Assembly: GCA_964016885.1 (NCBI GenBank)
Contig: OZ024741.1
Span: 28,272,001-28,336,000, forward strand
Direction: 5' to 3'
Length of the DNA stretch: 64,000 nt
DNA from: Eledone cirrhosa
Lineage: Eukaryota
The position numbers were made by a program, and so were the translations under genes. Below are positions 1 to 11,800 of this stretch, in pieces (position 1 is the stretch's first letter; every line of letters begins with the position of its first letter). Under the pieces are notes generated by a model. That model had not been told where the DNA came from, made no database searches, and was given only the letters and a program-made list of their open reading frames with translations.

Positions 1-404
1 AGATACCTGATAAAAATTATATACATTTTCCTCATATGTATCCTTCACAAATCATGAATACATTTCACCAAATATCGGTGTAGTTCGATGATCGATCTGG
101 ATCGTCAGTGAGGGAATCGACTCATCTGAACTTACACCCATTAACATACAGAACTTAGAACAACGAAAGAAGCACATGGTATTATAAAAACACCTCAATA
201 CAAGCAGTCGGCGTCACAGTGACGTGAGGTTAAATGACAACTAGAAATAGCAACCTAACCTCTCAACATATTGAAAGCTCAACCAAGTAGGAGCATAAAT
301 ATATTACATTCAAAATTATAGTTATCTGGTTGCTATTTCTAGCTGAAAAACCAGCTACGTAAATGTTCTCTCTTGACCCGACAATTCATTGTGTTTGCGC
401 AAGC

Positions 405-548
405 GGGAGTTTTGACGTCCCTTTACGGTCTGAGTTCAAATCCCGTCGAGGTTAACTTTGCCTTTCATCCTTACGTGGTCGATAAAATAAAGTACTAGTA
501 ATGTACTGGGTAATTGCTGGCCTTGTGCCAAAAGTAGAAACAATTAAT
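405..548 (+). mobile_element. Degraded tRNA-derived SINE fragment (octopus/cephalopod-like family), 5' part degraded, with apparent internal deletion
   Basis: Seen: Pol III B-box-like GTTCAAATCC at 434-443, followed by GAGGTTAACTTTGCCTTTCATCCTT..GGTCGATAAAATAAAGTAC..TACTGGG and GGCCTTGTGCCAAAAGTAGAAA. The body resembles a high-copy Octopus SINE as I recall it; the family assignment is from memory and needs RepeatMasker/Dfam confirmation. Confidence 0.7.
434..443 (+). promoter_or_regulatory. RNA polymerase III internal promoter B-box-like motif within the SINE
   Basis: GTTCAAATCC matches the B-box consensus GTTCRANNC. No clear A box upstream, so probably non-functional. Confidence 0.5.
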
Positions 549-550
549 TA

Positions 551-742
551 AGGAGTCCAAGCCACTGCGAAGCATCTTGGGTCAAGCTATGCCTTATGTG
601 TGAAATTGAATAGACTGAAATCAGCTTCATCACACACTGTTGCTGTGAATCTCGCTAAGAATTACTATAACGGTACATGTTTCTGTGGAGAACTCAGCAA
701 TTACAAATTAATTTCAAGATCAGGTTGCTTCGTCAAATGGAC
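551..742 (+). mobile_element. Second degraded interspersed-repeat (SINE-like) fragment
   Basis: CCACTGCGAAGCATCTTGGGTCAAG..GCCTTATGTGTGAAATTGAATAGACTGAAA and GGTACATGTTTCTGTGGAGAACTCAGC..TTAATTTCA resemble, from memory, other cephalopod SINE bodies (CTTGGG(T)CAAG is CORE-domain-like). Heavily diverged; boundaries approximate. Confidence 0.4.
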
Positions 743-1197
743 ACATGAAGTATCACTAGAGAAGAAATATCTAAGTATGTGTGTGGTATGTGGCGGGGTT
801 TGATTGGTGTGTGTGAGCTAATGTCTGTATGCCTGTATATATCTGAAAGGTTATGTAAGCACATCTTTATATACACCCATGTCTGTTTGTATATATGTGT
901 GCTTGTATATGTCGTTATATTTTGGCTATATATATGTTTGTTTGGGATCATATTTTATATATGTGTATACCTGTGTTGCGTAAGCTACTGTGGGTGCAGA
1001 GATAATAAGGAAATAATGTTATTGATAAGGTGAATAAAAGTTCTTCTCCGGAAGTTATATTTGTCAATGCTGGGCGGAAGTAGGAAACCCAGACAGACGT
1101 GTATTGTCAAAGATATAGAAATATATGTCTTTATTTAAATTTGCCTTAGATGTGTACAAGTATAATGTGTCTCCCAGACAGGAATATACTTACTTAG

Positions 1198-1390
<193 letters not shown>

Positions 1391-1431
1391 AATTGAAGTA
1401 GCGCGAGAGTGAGAGGAAGAGTTCGAGAGGT

Positions 1432-1432
1432 T

Positions 1433-1531
<99 letters not shown>

Positions 1532-1652
1532 TGTATATATATATTATATATATGTATATATATATTATATGTATGTATATATATATTATATGTATGTATA
1601 TATATATATGCATATATATGTATATATATGTATATATATATGCATATATATG

Positions 1653-1706
<54 letters not shown>

Positions 1707-1758
1707 TATATATGTATATATATATATTTATATATATTTATATATATGTATATATATA

Positions 1759-1841
<83 letters not shown>

Positions 1842-1950
1842 CTTTATATATATATATACATAAACAAACACACACACACATGTGTGTATATATCTATATA
1901 TATAATTTATATATATATGAGTGTCTGTATGTATGTATTTATGCGTATAA
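1432..1950. repeat. Compound (TA)n microsatellite with TAAA, TATG and TACA interruptions
   Basis: Directly visible TA dinucleotide tract with a short CA/TG tail. Confidence 0.97.
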
Positions 1951-2103
1951 TATAGGACGCTTAGTTTGGGTGGTATTGTTGTTATTTATATATTAATAGG
2001 AAAAGATATATGGGTATATGTACCAAAATGTAATTAGTGACAACTAAGAGAAAATATTTATGCGTTTTTCATACCTATGGGGTCATGTATAAATTTTACT
2101 TTT

Positions 2104-2340
2104 GTCTGTCTATCAATCTCTCCTTCTTCCTCATTCTCTCTGACTCTCTCCCATCTCCCTCTTTATATATGTATATATATATATATATCTATATATCTAT
2201 ATATATATGTATACACATATATATATACATATATATATATATATGTACGAATAGACACATATACCTGAATACACACGCCTACAATATATACACATATATA
2301 TATATATGTGTGTGTGTGTTACACACACACACAAACATAT
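2104..2340. repeat. CT-rich then (TA)n/(TG)n/(CA)n compound microsatellite
   Basis: Pyrimidine tract ~2104-2164, TA tract ~2164-2306, then TG and CA runs. Confidence 0.9.
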
Positions 2341-2461
2341 AGTGAGAAAGAAACAGAGAAAAACTATCGATAAAGAGGGAAAGAAAAAAGATATAGATCG
2401 ATATATTACTAAACACTATGAAGGAGATAAATTCAGTCAAATTGATGTTTCGTTAACATCT

Positions 2462-2760
<299 letters not shown>

Positions 2761-3350
2761 GGCGGCTGCCAACTCGTTTTCGAGTACGGCCACTACTCCT
2801 ATCGATGCGCTGAACGAGTGCGACCTTTTAGTCCAGCCAGCGACTTGAAAACTCTGGTACAAACACTACACTTGTGACAATTATTGACACATAGCGCTGG
2901 GCCCATGGTACCATGTGACGACAAGTGCAGAGAGATCTCCAGATATAAAGCAATGCCTGTGCCGTGAAGCTTTTATAGTGAGCAAAGGCACTGCACAAAG
3001 CCAGTCCCACTCTCTTAACCAAGATGATATTTACCAAAAAGAAGAACAAGTCAACATCATTGGATACCATCAGGGTTGCAGGTGTTCTATCAGAGTTTTC
3101 CTTCTCCTAGAATTCTGCCCTGACAAAGGCTAAGGGGTCATCTCTGCCGGTGATTTTGGATGGCCATTGACTCTTAAGAGCTCCTTTGCTCTTTGACAGG
3201 TTTTGTTTTTAGTCCTGCAGGATGTCCAAAGTCACCCTCCTCACCAAGAAACCTTGGTGGGGTTGCCAGTTTAGTCGCCAACGACCCGACCATACGACAG
3301 GTTGTACTGGGATACATGTTACCAGTAGCACCAACTGGTGACCTGACATA
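2761..3350. mobile_element. Complex-sequence island inserted in a micro/minisatellite; probable transposon (possibly LINE 5' region) fragment
   Basis: Abruptly bounded, more GC-rich and CpG-containing segment flanked on both sides by the same CATTTGTACATACACACACAC motif. No recognisable protein domain in its short ORFs; element class is inference only. Confidence 0.4.
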
Positions 3351-3820
3351 CTGATATACATACCTACATTTGTACATACACACACACAGACATATATATG
3401 CATACATACATAAATTTGTACATATACACACACACAGACATATATACATACATATATGTATGCATACATACATACATTTGTACATACACACACAGACATA
3501 TATACATACATATATATATATGCACACATACATACATACATTTGTACATAAACACACACATGCACGCACACACACATGTATATATATTTACAAATACACA
3601 TACACACACACACACACACATATATATAAATATATATGTCTATAATATTTATAATGTACACACACATTTATATATATATGTATATACACACACACATTTA
3701 TATATATATATATACACACACACACATATATCTATATGTATACACACACACACACACATATACATATATATATATATATATATAAATATAAATATAAATA
3801 TAAATACATATGTATGTGTG
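3351..3820. repeat. Degenerate TA/CA minisatellite with repeated (C/A)ATTTGTACATA motif
   Basis: Motif copies at ~3367, 3413, 3475 and 3539, then ACACACATTTATATATAT copies and (AATATA)n at ~3784-3805. Confidence 0.9.
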
Positions 3821-4149
3821 ATAGAATAAGGAATATAGACGTGGACGAAGAAACTGTGTCGTACACAATGATATGTTTGAGAGAGAAAATTAGAGAGGTA
3901 ACGGGATAACTATATACAGATATATGGAAAAATATATACAAAGACACACAGTATGTAAATATCAAAGGAAAAAAAATATCGATGAATCAAAAATGAGAAA
4001 ATATATGAAAGTATATAAGAAAGCTACACTTTTTCCTATATTTGACTAGAAATGAATAAGTATTTCTATGAAAACCACCTCATTTTTCTTCCATTTAAGT
4101 ATAGTTCGCGAGCACATCTCCAGCTATATCAATTAACATTCAATACTCA

Positions 4150-4697
<548 letters not shown>

Positions 4698-4823
4698 GTA
4701 CCGTACATATTTCGCAACATTTGACATTATGCTATAATTTGTATTCATGTGGAAAATTTGGTAGGAATTTTGTGGACATTTACCAAAGACTATAATAATA
4801 AAAGGACATTGTCAAACGTGGTG

Positions 4824-5052
4824 TATTTATATATCTTACGAATATATACACTCTCTCTCTCTACCATATACATACATAGACACACACAAACACACACAAA
4901 CACAATACACACGCTGACACACTCTGACACAAACACACATACACACACATATACATACACATAGACACACATACAGGCGCATACAGACACACTCAGACAC
5001 ACTCTGGCACAAACACACACACACACACACACATATACACATATACATACAT

Positions 5053-5136
<84 letters not shown>

Positions 5137-5345
5137 TTATATATCTTACGAATACATTCTTTCTAACATACACATACATAGGCACACACACAGTCACACA
5201 CACAAAGACACTCTGACACAAACACACATACACACACATATACACACATATATTTATGTTTGCGTGTGTCTGTGTGTGTTCATGTGTGTGTAAACATGCA
5301 TATTTATATATATACATATATATTTCTGTTTATATGCATTTTTTT
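4824..5345. repeat. CA-rich compound microsatellite containing an old ~300-bp duplication
   Basis: Perfect CA ~5055-5121. TATTTATATATCTTACGAATA at 4824-4844 and 5134-5154; ACTCTGACACAAACACACATACACACACATATACA at ~4921 and ~5210. Confidence 0.9.
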
Positions 5346-5392
5346 ACGTATGTATGCACAGGCACGTGTGTACATATACAGTATGGGACATT

Positions 5393-5424
<32 letters not shown>

Positions 5425-5521
5425 AAGAGAGAGAGAGAAAGAGAGTGAGAGAGGGTGAGAGTGAGAAAGAGAGTGAGATAGAGAAAGAGAAAGAGAGAAA
5501 GCGAGAGAAAGAGAGAGAATG

Positions 5522-5586
<65 letters not shown>

Positions 5587-5815
5587 GAGGAAGAAAGAGA
5601 GAGAATGAATGAGAGAGAATGAATAAGAGAGAGAGGGAGGGGGAAAGAGAAAGAAAGAAAGAAAGAGAGAGAGAGAATGGCAAAGGCAGAAAGAAGGAGA
5701 GATAAGTAGAGATAAAGAAAGAGAGAGAGAGGGAGAGAGAGAGAGAAGGAGAGAGAAAGAGAAAAAGAGAGTGAGAGAGAGAAAGAAAGAGAGAGGAGAG
5801 AGAGAGAGAGAGAGA

Positions 5816-5862
<47 letters not shown>

Positions 5863-5875
5863 AGGGATAAAGAGC
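5393..5875. repeat. (GA)n / polypurine tract
   Basis: About 480 bp that is almost entirely purine on the + strand, with perfect GA runs at ~5393-5418, 5527-5580 and 5822-5859. Confidence 0.97.
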
Positions 5876-8800
5876 AAACAATACAATAGTTGTGTACGTT
5901 GGTGCATACAAATATCAGAAAACAATTTAGAATAGAAAATATAGTTTTATAATATTTATTAGAAACTGAAATGTCAGTCTTACTAGAGTGTAGGTTATTG
6001 GTATATAACTGGTATATATAGGGACATAACTACATATAGATACTGTCAGTGGTAATACAGTGTAGGTTATTGGTATATAACTGGTATATATAGGGACATA
6101 ACTACATATAGATACTGTCAGTGGTACTACAGTGTAGGTTATTGGTATATAACTGGTATATATAGGGATATAACTACATATAGATACTGTCAGTGGTACT
6201 ACAGTGTAGGTTATTGGTATATAACTGGTATATATAGGGATATAACTACACATAGATACTGTCAGTGGTACTACAGTGTAGGTTATTGGTATATAACTGG
6301 TATATATAGGGATATAACTACATATAGATACTGTCAGTGGTACTACAGTGTAGGTTATTGGTTATATAACTGGTATATATAGGGATATAACTACATATAG
6401 ATACTGTCAGTGGTACTACATTGTAGGTTATTGGTATATAACTGGTATATATAGGGATATAACTACATATAGATACTGTCAGTGGTACTACAGTGTAAGT
6501 TATTGGTATATAACTGGTATATATAGGGATATAATTACATCTAGATACTGTCAGTGGTACTACAGTGTAGGTTATTGGTATATAACTGGTATATATAGGG
6601 ATATAACTACATATAGATACTGACAGTGGTACTACAGTGTAGGTTATTGGTATATAACTGGTATATATAGGGATATAACTACATATAGTTAATGTCAGTG
6701 GTACTACAGTGTAGGTTATTGGTAGATAACTGGTATATATAGGGATATAACTACATATAGATATTGTCAGTGGTACTACAGTGTAGGTTATTGGTAGATA
6801 ACTGGTATATATAGGGATATAACTACATATAGATATTGTCAGTGGTACTACAGTGTAGGTTATTGGTAGATAACTGGTATATATAGGGATATAACTACAT
6901 ATAGATACTGTCAGTGGTACTACATTGTAGGTTATTGGTATATAACTGGTATATATAGGGATATAACTACACATAGATACTGTCAGTGGTACTACAGTGT
7001 AGGTTATTGGTATATAACTGGTATATATAGGGATATAACTACATATAGATACTGTCAGTGGTACTACAGTGTAGGTTATTGGTAGATAACTGGTATATAT
7101 AGGGATATAACTACATATAGATACTGTCAGTGGTACTACAGTGTAGGTTATTGGTAGATAACTGGTATATATAGGGACATAACTACATATAGAAAGCCTC
7201 AGTGGTAATACAGTGTAGGTTATTGGTATATAACTGGTATATATAGGGATATAACTACATAGAGATACTGTCAGTGGTACTACAGTGTAGGTTATTGGTA
7301 TATAACTGGTATATATAGGGATATAACTACACATAGATACTGTCAGTGGTACTACAGTGTAGGTTATTGGTATATAACTGGTATATATAGGGATATAACT
7401 ACACATAGATACTGACAGTGGTACTACAGTGTAGGTTATTGGTATATAACTGGTATATATAGGGATATAACTACATATAGATATTGTCAGTGGTACTACA
7501 GTGTAGGTTATTGGTAGATAACTGGTATATATAGGGATATAACTACATATAGATACTGTCAGTGGTACTACAGTGTAGGTTATTGGTAGATAACTGGTAT
7601 ATATAGGGATATAACTACATATAGATACTGTCAGTGGTACTACAGTGTAGGTTATTGGTAGATAACTGGTATATATAGGGATATAACTACATATAGATAC
7701 TGTCAGTGGTACTACAGTGTATGTTATTGGTAGATAACTGGTATATATAGGGATATAACTACATATAGATACTGTCAGTGGTACTACAGTGTAGGTTATT
7801 GGTAGATAACTGGTATATATAGGGATATAACTACATATAGATACTGTCAGTGGTACTACAGTGTAGGTTATTGGTAGATAACTGGTATATATAGGGACAT
7901 AACTACATATAGATACTGTCAGTGGTACTACAGTGTAGGTTATTGGTACATAACTGGTATATATAGGGATATAACTACATATAGATACTGTCAGTGGTAC
8001 TACAGTATAGGTTATTGGTATATAACTGGTATATATAGGGATATAACTACATATAGATACTGTCAGTGGTACTACAGTGTAGGTTATTGGTATATAACTG
8101 GTATATATAGGGATATAACTACATATACAGATACTGTCAGTCTTACTACAGTATAGGTTATTGGTATATAACTGGTATATATATAGATATAACTACATAT
8201 ACAGATACTGTCAGTCTTACTACAGTGTAGGTTATTGGTAGATAACTGGTATATATAGGGATATAACTACATATAGATACTGTCAGTGGTACTACAGTGT
8301 AGGTTATTGGTATATAACTGGTATATATAGGGATATAACTACATATAGATACTGTCAGTGGTACTACAGTGTAGGTTATTGGTAGATAACTGGTATATAT
8401 AGGGATATAACTACACATAGATACTGTCAGTCTTACTAGAGTGTAGGTTATTGGTAGATAACTGGTATATATAAGGATATAACTACACATAGATACTGTC
8501 AGTGGTACTATAGTGTAGGTTATTGGTAGATCACTGGTATATATAGGGATATAACTACACATAGATACTGTCAGTGGTATTACAGTGTAGGTTATTGGTA
8601 TATAACTGGTATATATAGTGATATAACTACATATAGATACTGTCAGTAGTACTACAGTGTAGGTTATTGGTATATAACTTGTATATATAGGGATATAACT
8701 ACATACAGATACTGTCAGTGGTACTACAGTGTAGGTTATTGGTAGATAACTGGTATATATAGGGATTTAACTACACATAGATACTGTCAGTGGTACTACA

Positions 8801-11800
8801 GTGTAGGTTATTGGTATATAACTGGTATATATAGGGATATAACTACATATAGATACTGTCAGTGGTACTACAGTGTAGTTTATTGGTAGATAACTGGTAT
8901 ATATAGGGATATATCTACATATAGATACTGTCAGTGGTACTAAAGTGTAGGTTATTGGTAGATAACTGGTATATATAGGGACATAACTACATATAGATAC
9001 TGTCACTGGTACTACAGTGTAGGTTATTGGTATATAACTGGTATATATAGGGATATAACTACATATAGATACTGTCAGTGGTACTACAGTGTAGGTTATT
9101 GGTATATAACTGGTATATATAGGGATATAACTACACATAGATACTGATAGTGGTACTACAGTGTAGGTTATTGGTATATAACTGGTATATGTAGGGATAT
9201 AACTACATATAGATGCTGTCAGTGGTACTACAGTGTAGGTTATTGGTAGATAACTGGTATATATAGGGATATAACTACATATAGATACTGTCAGTGGTAC
9301 TACAGTGTAGGTTATTGGTATATAACTGGTATATATAGGGATATAACTACACATAGATACTGACAGTGGTACTACAGTGTAGGTTATTGGTATATAACTG
9401 GTATATATAGGGATATAACTACACATAGATACTGACAGTGGTACTACAGTGTAGGTTATTGGTATATAACTGGTATATATAGGGATATAACTACATATAG
9501 ATATTGTCAGTGGTACTACAGTGTAGGTTATTGGTAGATAACTGGTATATATAGGGATATAACTACATATAGATACTGTCAGTGGTACTACAGTGTAGGT
9601 TATTGGTAGATAACTGGTATATATAGGGATATAACTACATATAGATACTGTCAGTGGTACTACAGTGTAGGTTATTGGTAGATAACTGGTATATATAGGG
9701 ATATAACTACATATAGATACTGTCAGTGGTACTACAGTGTAGGTTATTGGTAGATAACTGGTATATATAGGGATATAACTACATATAGATACTGTCAGTG
9801 GTACTACAGTGTAGGTTATTGGTAGATAACTGGTATATATAGGGATATAACTACATATAGATACTGTCAGTGGTACTACAGTGTAGGTTATTGGTAGATA
9901 ACTGGTATATATAGGGACATAACTACATATAGATACTGTCAGTGGTACTACAGTGTAGGTTATTGGTATATAACTGGTATATATAGGGATATAACTACAT
10001 ATAGATATTGTCAGTGGTACTACAGTGTAGGTTATTGGTATATAACTGGTATATATAGGGATATAACTACACATAGATACTGACAGTGGTACTACAGTGT
10101 AGGTTATTGGTATATAACTGGAATATATAGGGATATAACTACATATAGATACTGTCAATGGTACTACAGTGTAGGTTATTGGTATATAAATGGATATATA
10201 GGGATATAACTACATATAGATACTGTCAGTGGTACTACAGTGTAGGTTATTGGTATATAACTGGTATATATAGGGATATAACTGCACATAGATACTGTCA
10301 ATGGTACTACAGTGTAGGTTATTGGTATATAAATGGTATATATAGGGATATAACTACATATAGAGACTGTCAGTGGTATTACAGTATAGGTTATTGGTAT
10401 ATAACTGGTATATATAGGGATATAACTACATATAGATACTGTCAGTGGTACTACAGTGTAGGTTATTGGTATATAACTGGTATATATAGGGATATAACTA
10501 CATATACAGATACTGTCAGTCTTACTACAGTGTAGGTTATTGGTAGATAACTGGTATATATAGGGATATAACTACATATAGATACTGTCAGTGGTACTAC
10601 AGTGTAGGTTATTGGTATATAACTGGTATATATAGGGATATAACTACATATAGATACTGTCAGTGGTACTACAGTGTAGGTTATTGGTAAGTAACTGGTA
10701 TATATAGGGATATAACTACACATAGATATCGTCAGTCTTACTAGAGTGTAGGTTATTGGTAGATAACTGGTATATATAAGGATATAACTACACATAGATA
10801 CTGTCAGCGGTACTATAGTGTAGGTTATTGGTAGATCACTGGTATATATAGGGATATAACTACATATAGATACTGTCAGTGGTACTAGAGTGTAGGTTAT
10901 TGGTATATAACTTGTATATATAGGGATATAACTACATACAGATACTGTCAGTGGTACTACAGTGTAGGTTATTGGTAGATAACTGGTATATATAGGGATT
11001 TAACTACACATAGATACTGTCAGTGGTACTACAGTGTAGGTTATTGGTATATAACTGGTATATATAGGGATATAACTACATATAGATACTGTCAGTGGTA
11101 CTACAGTGTAGTTTATTGGTAGATAACTGGTATATATAGGGATATAACTACATATAGATACTGTCAGTGGTACTAAAGTGTAGGTTATTGGTAGATAACT
11201 GGTATATATAGGGACATAACTACATATAGATACTGTCACTGGTACTACAGTGTAGGTTATTGGTATATAACTGGTATATATAGGGATATAACTACATATA
11301 TATACTGTCAGTGGTACGACAGTGTAGGTTATTGGTATATAACTGGTATATATAGGGATATAACTATACATAGATACTGTCAGTATTACTACAGTGTAGG
11401 TTATTGGTATATAACTGGTATATATAGGGATATAACTACACGTAGATACTGATAGTGGTACTACAGTGTAGGTTATTGGTATATAACTGGTATATGTAGG
11501 GATATAACTACATATAGATGCTGTCAGTGGTACTACAGTGTAGGTTATTGGTAGATAACTGGTATATATAGGGATATAACTACATATAGATACTGTCAGT
11601 GGTACTACAGTGTAGGTTATTGGTATATAACTGGTATATATAGGGATATAACTACACATAGATACTGACAGTGGTACTACAGTGTAGGTTATTGGTATAT
11701 AACTGGTATATATAGGGATATAACTACACATAGATACTGACAGTGGTACTACAGTGTAGGTTATTGGTATATAACTGGTATATATAGGGATATAACTACA

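Noticed and set aside
1-400. Non-repetitive segment at window start, including the short dyad CGTCACAGTGACG at 212-224
   Set aside because: No ORF or element I can identify; a single 6-bp-arm palindrome is not significant.
421-450. tRNA gene suggested by the T-loop-like GAGTTCAAATCCC
   Set aside because: No acceptor, D or anticodon arms can be built; better explained as a SINE head remnant.
2828-3133. 80-aa and 72-aa ORFs in the complex island
   Set aside because: Short, overlapping on opposite strands, with no recognisable motif such as an endonuclease or reverse-transcriptase signature.
5990-6061. Tandem tRNA or other small-RNA gene array (monomer length similar to a tRNA)
   Set aside because: No cloverleaf, no A/B boxes (no GTTC), no oligo-T terminator and no spacers.
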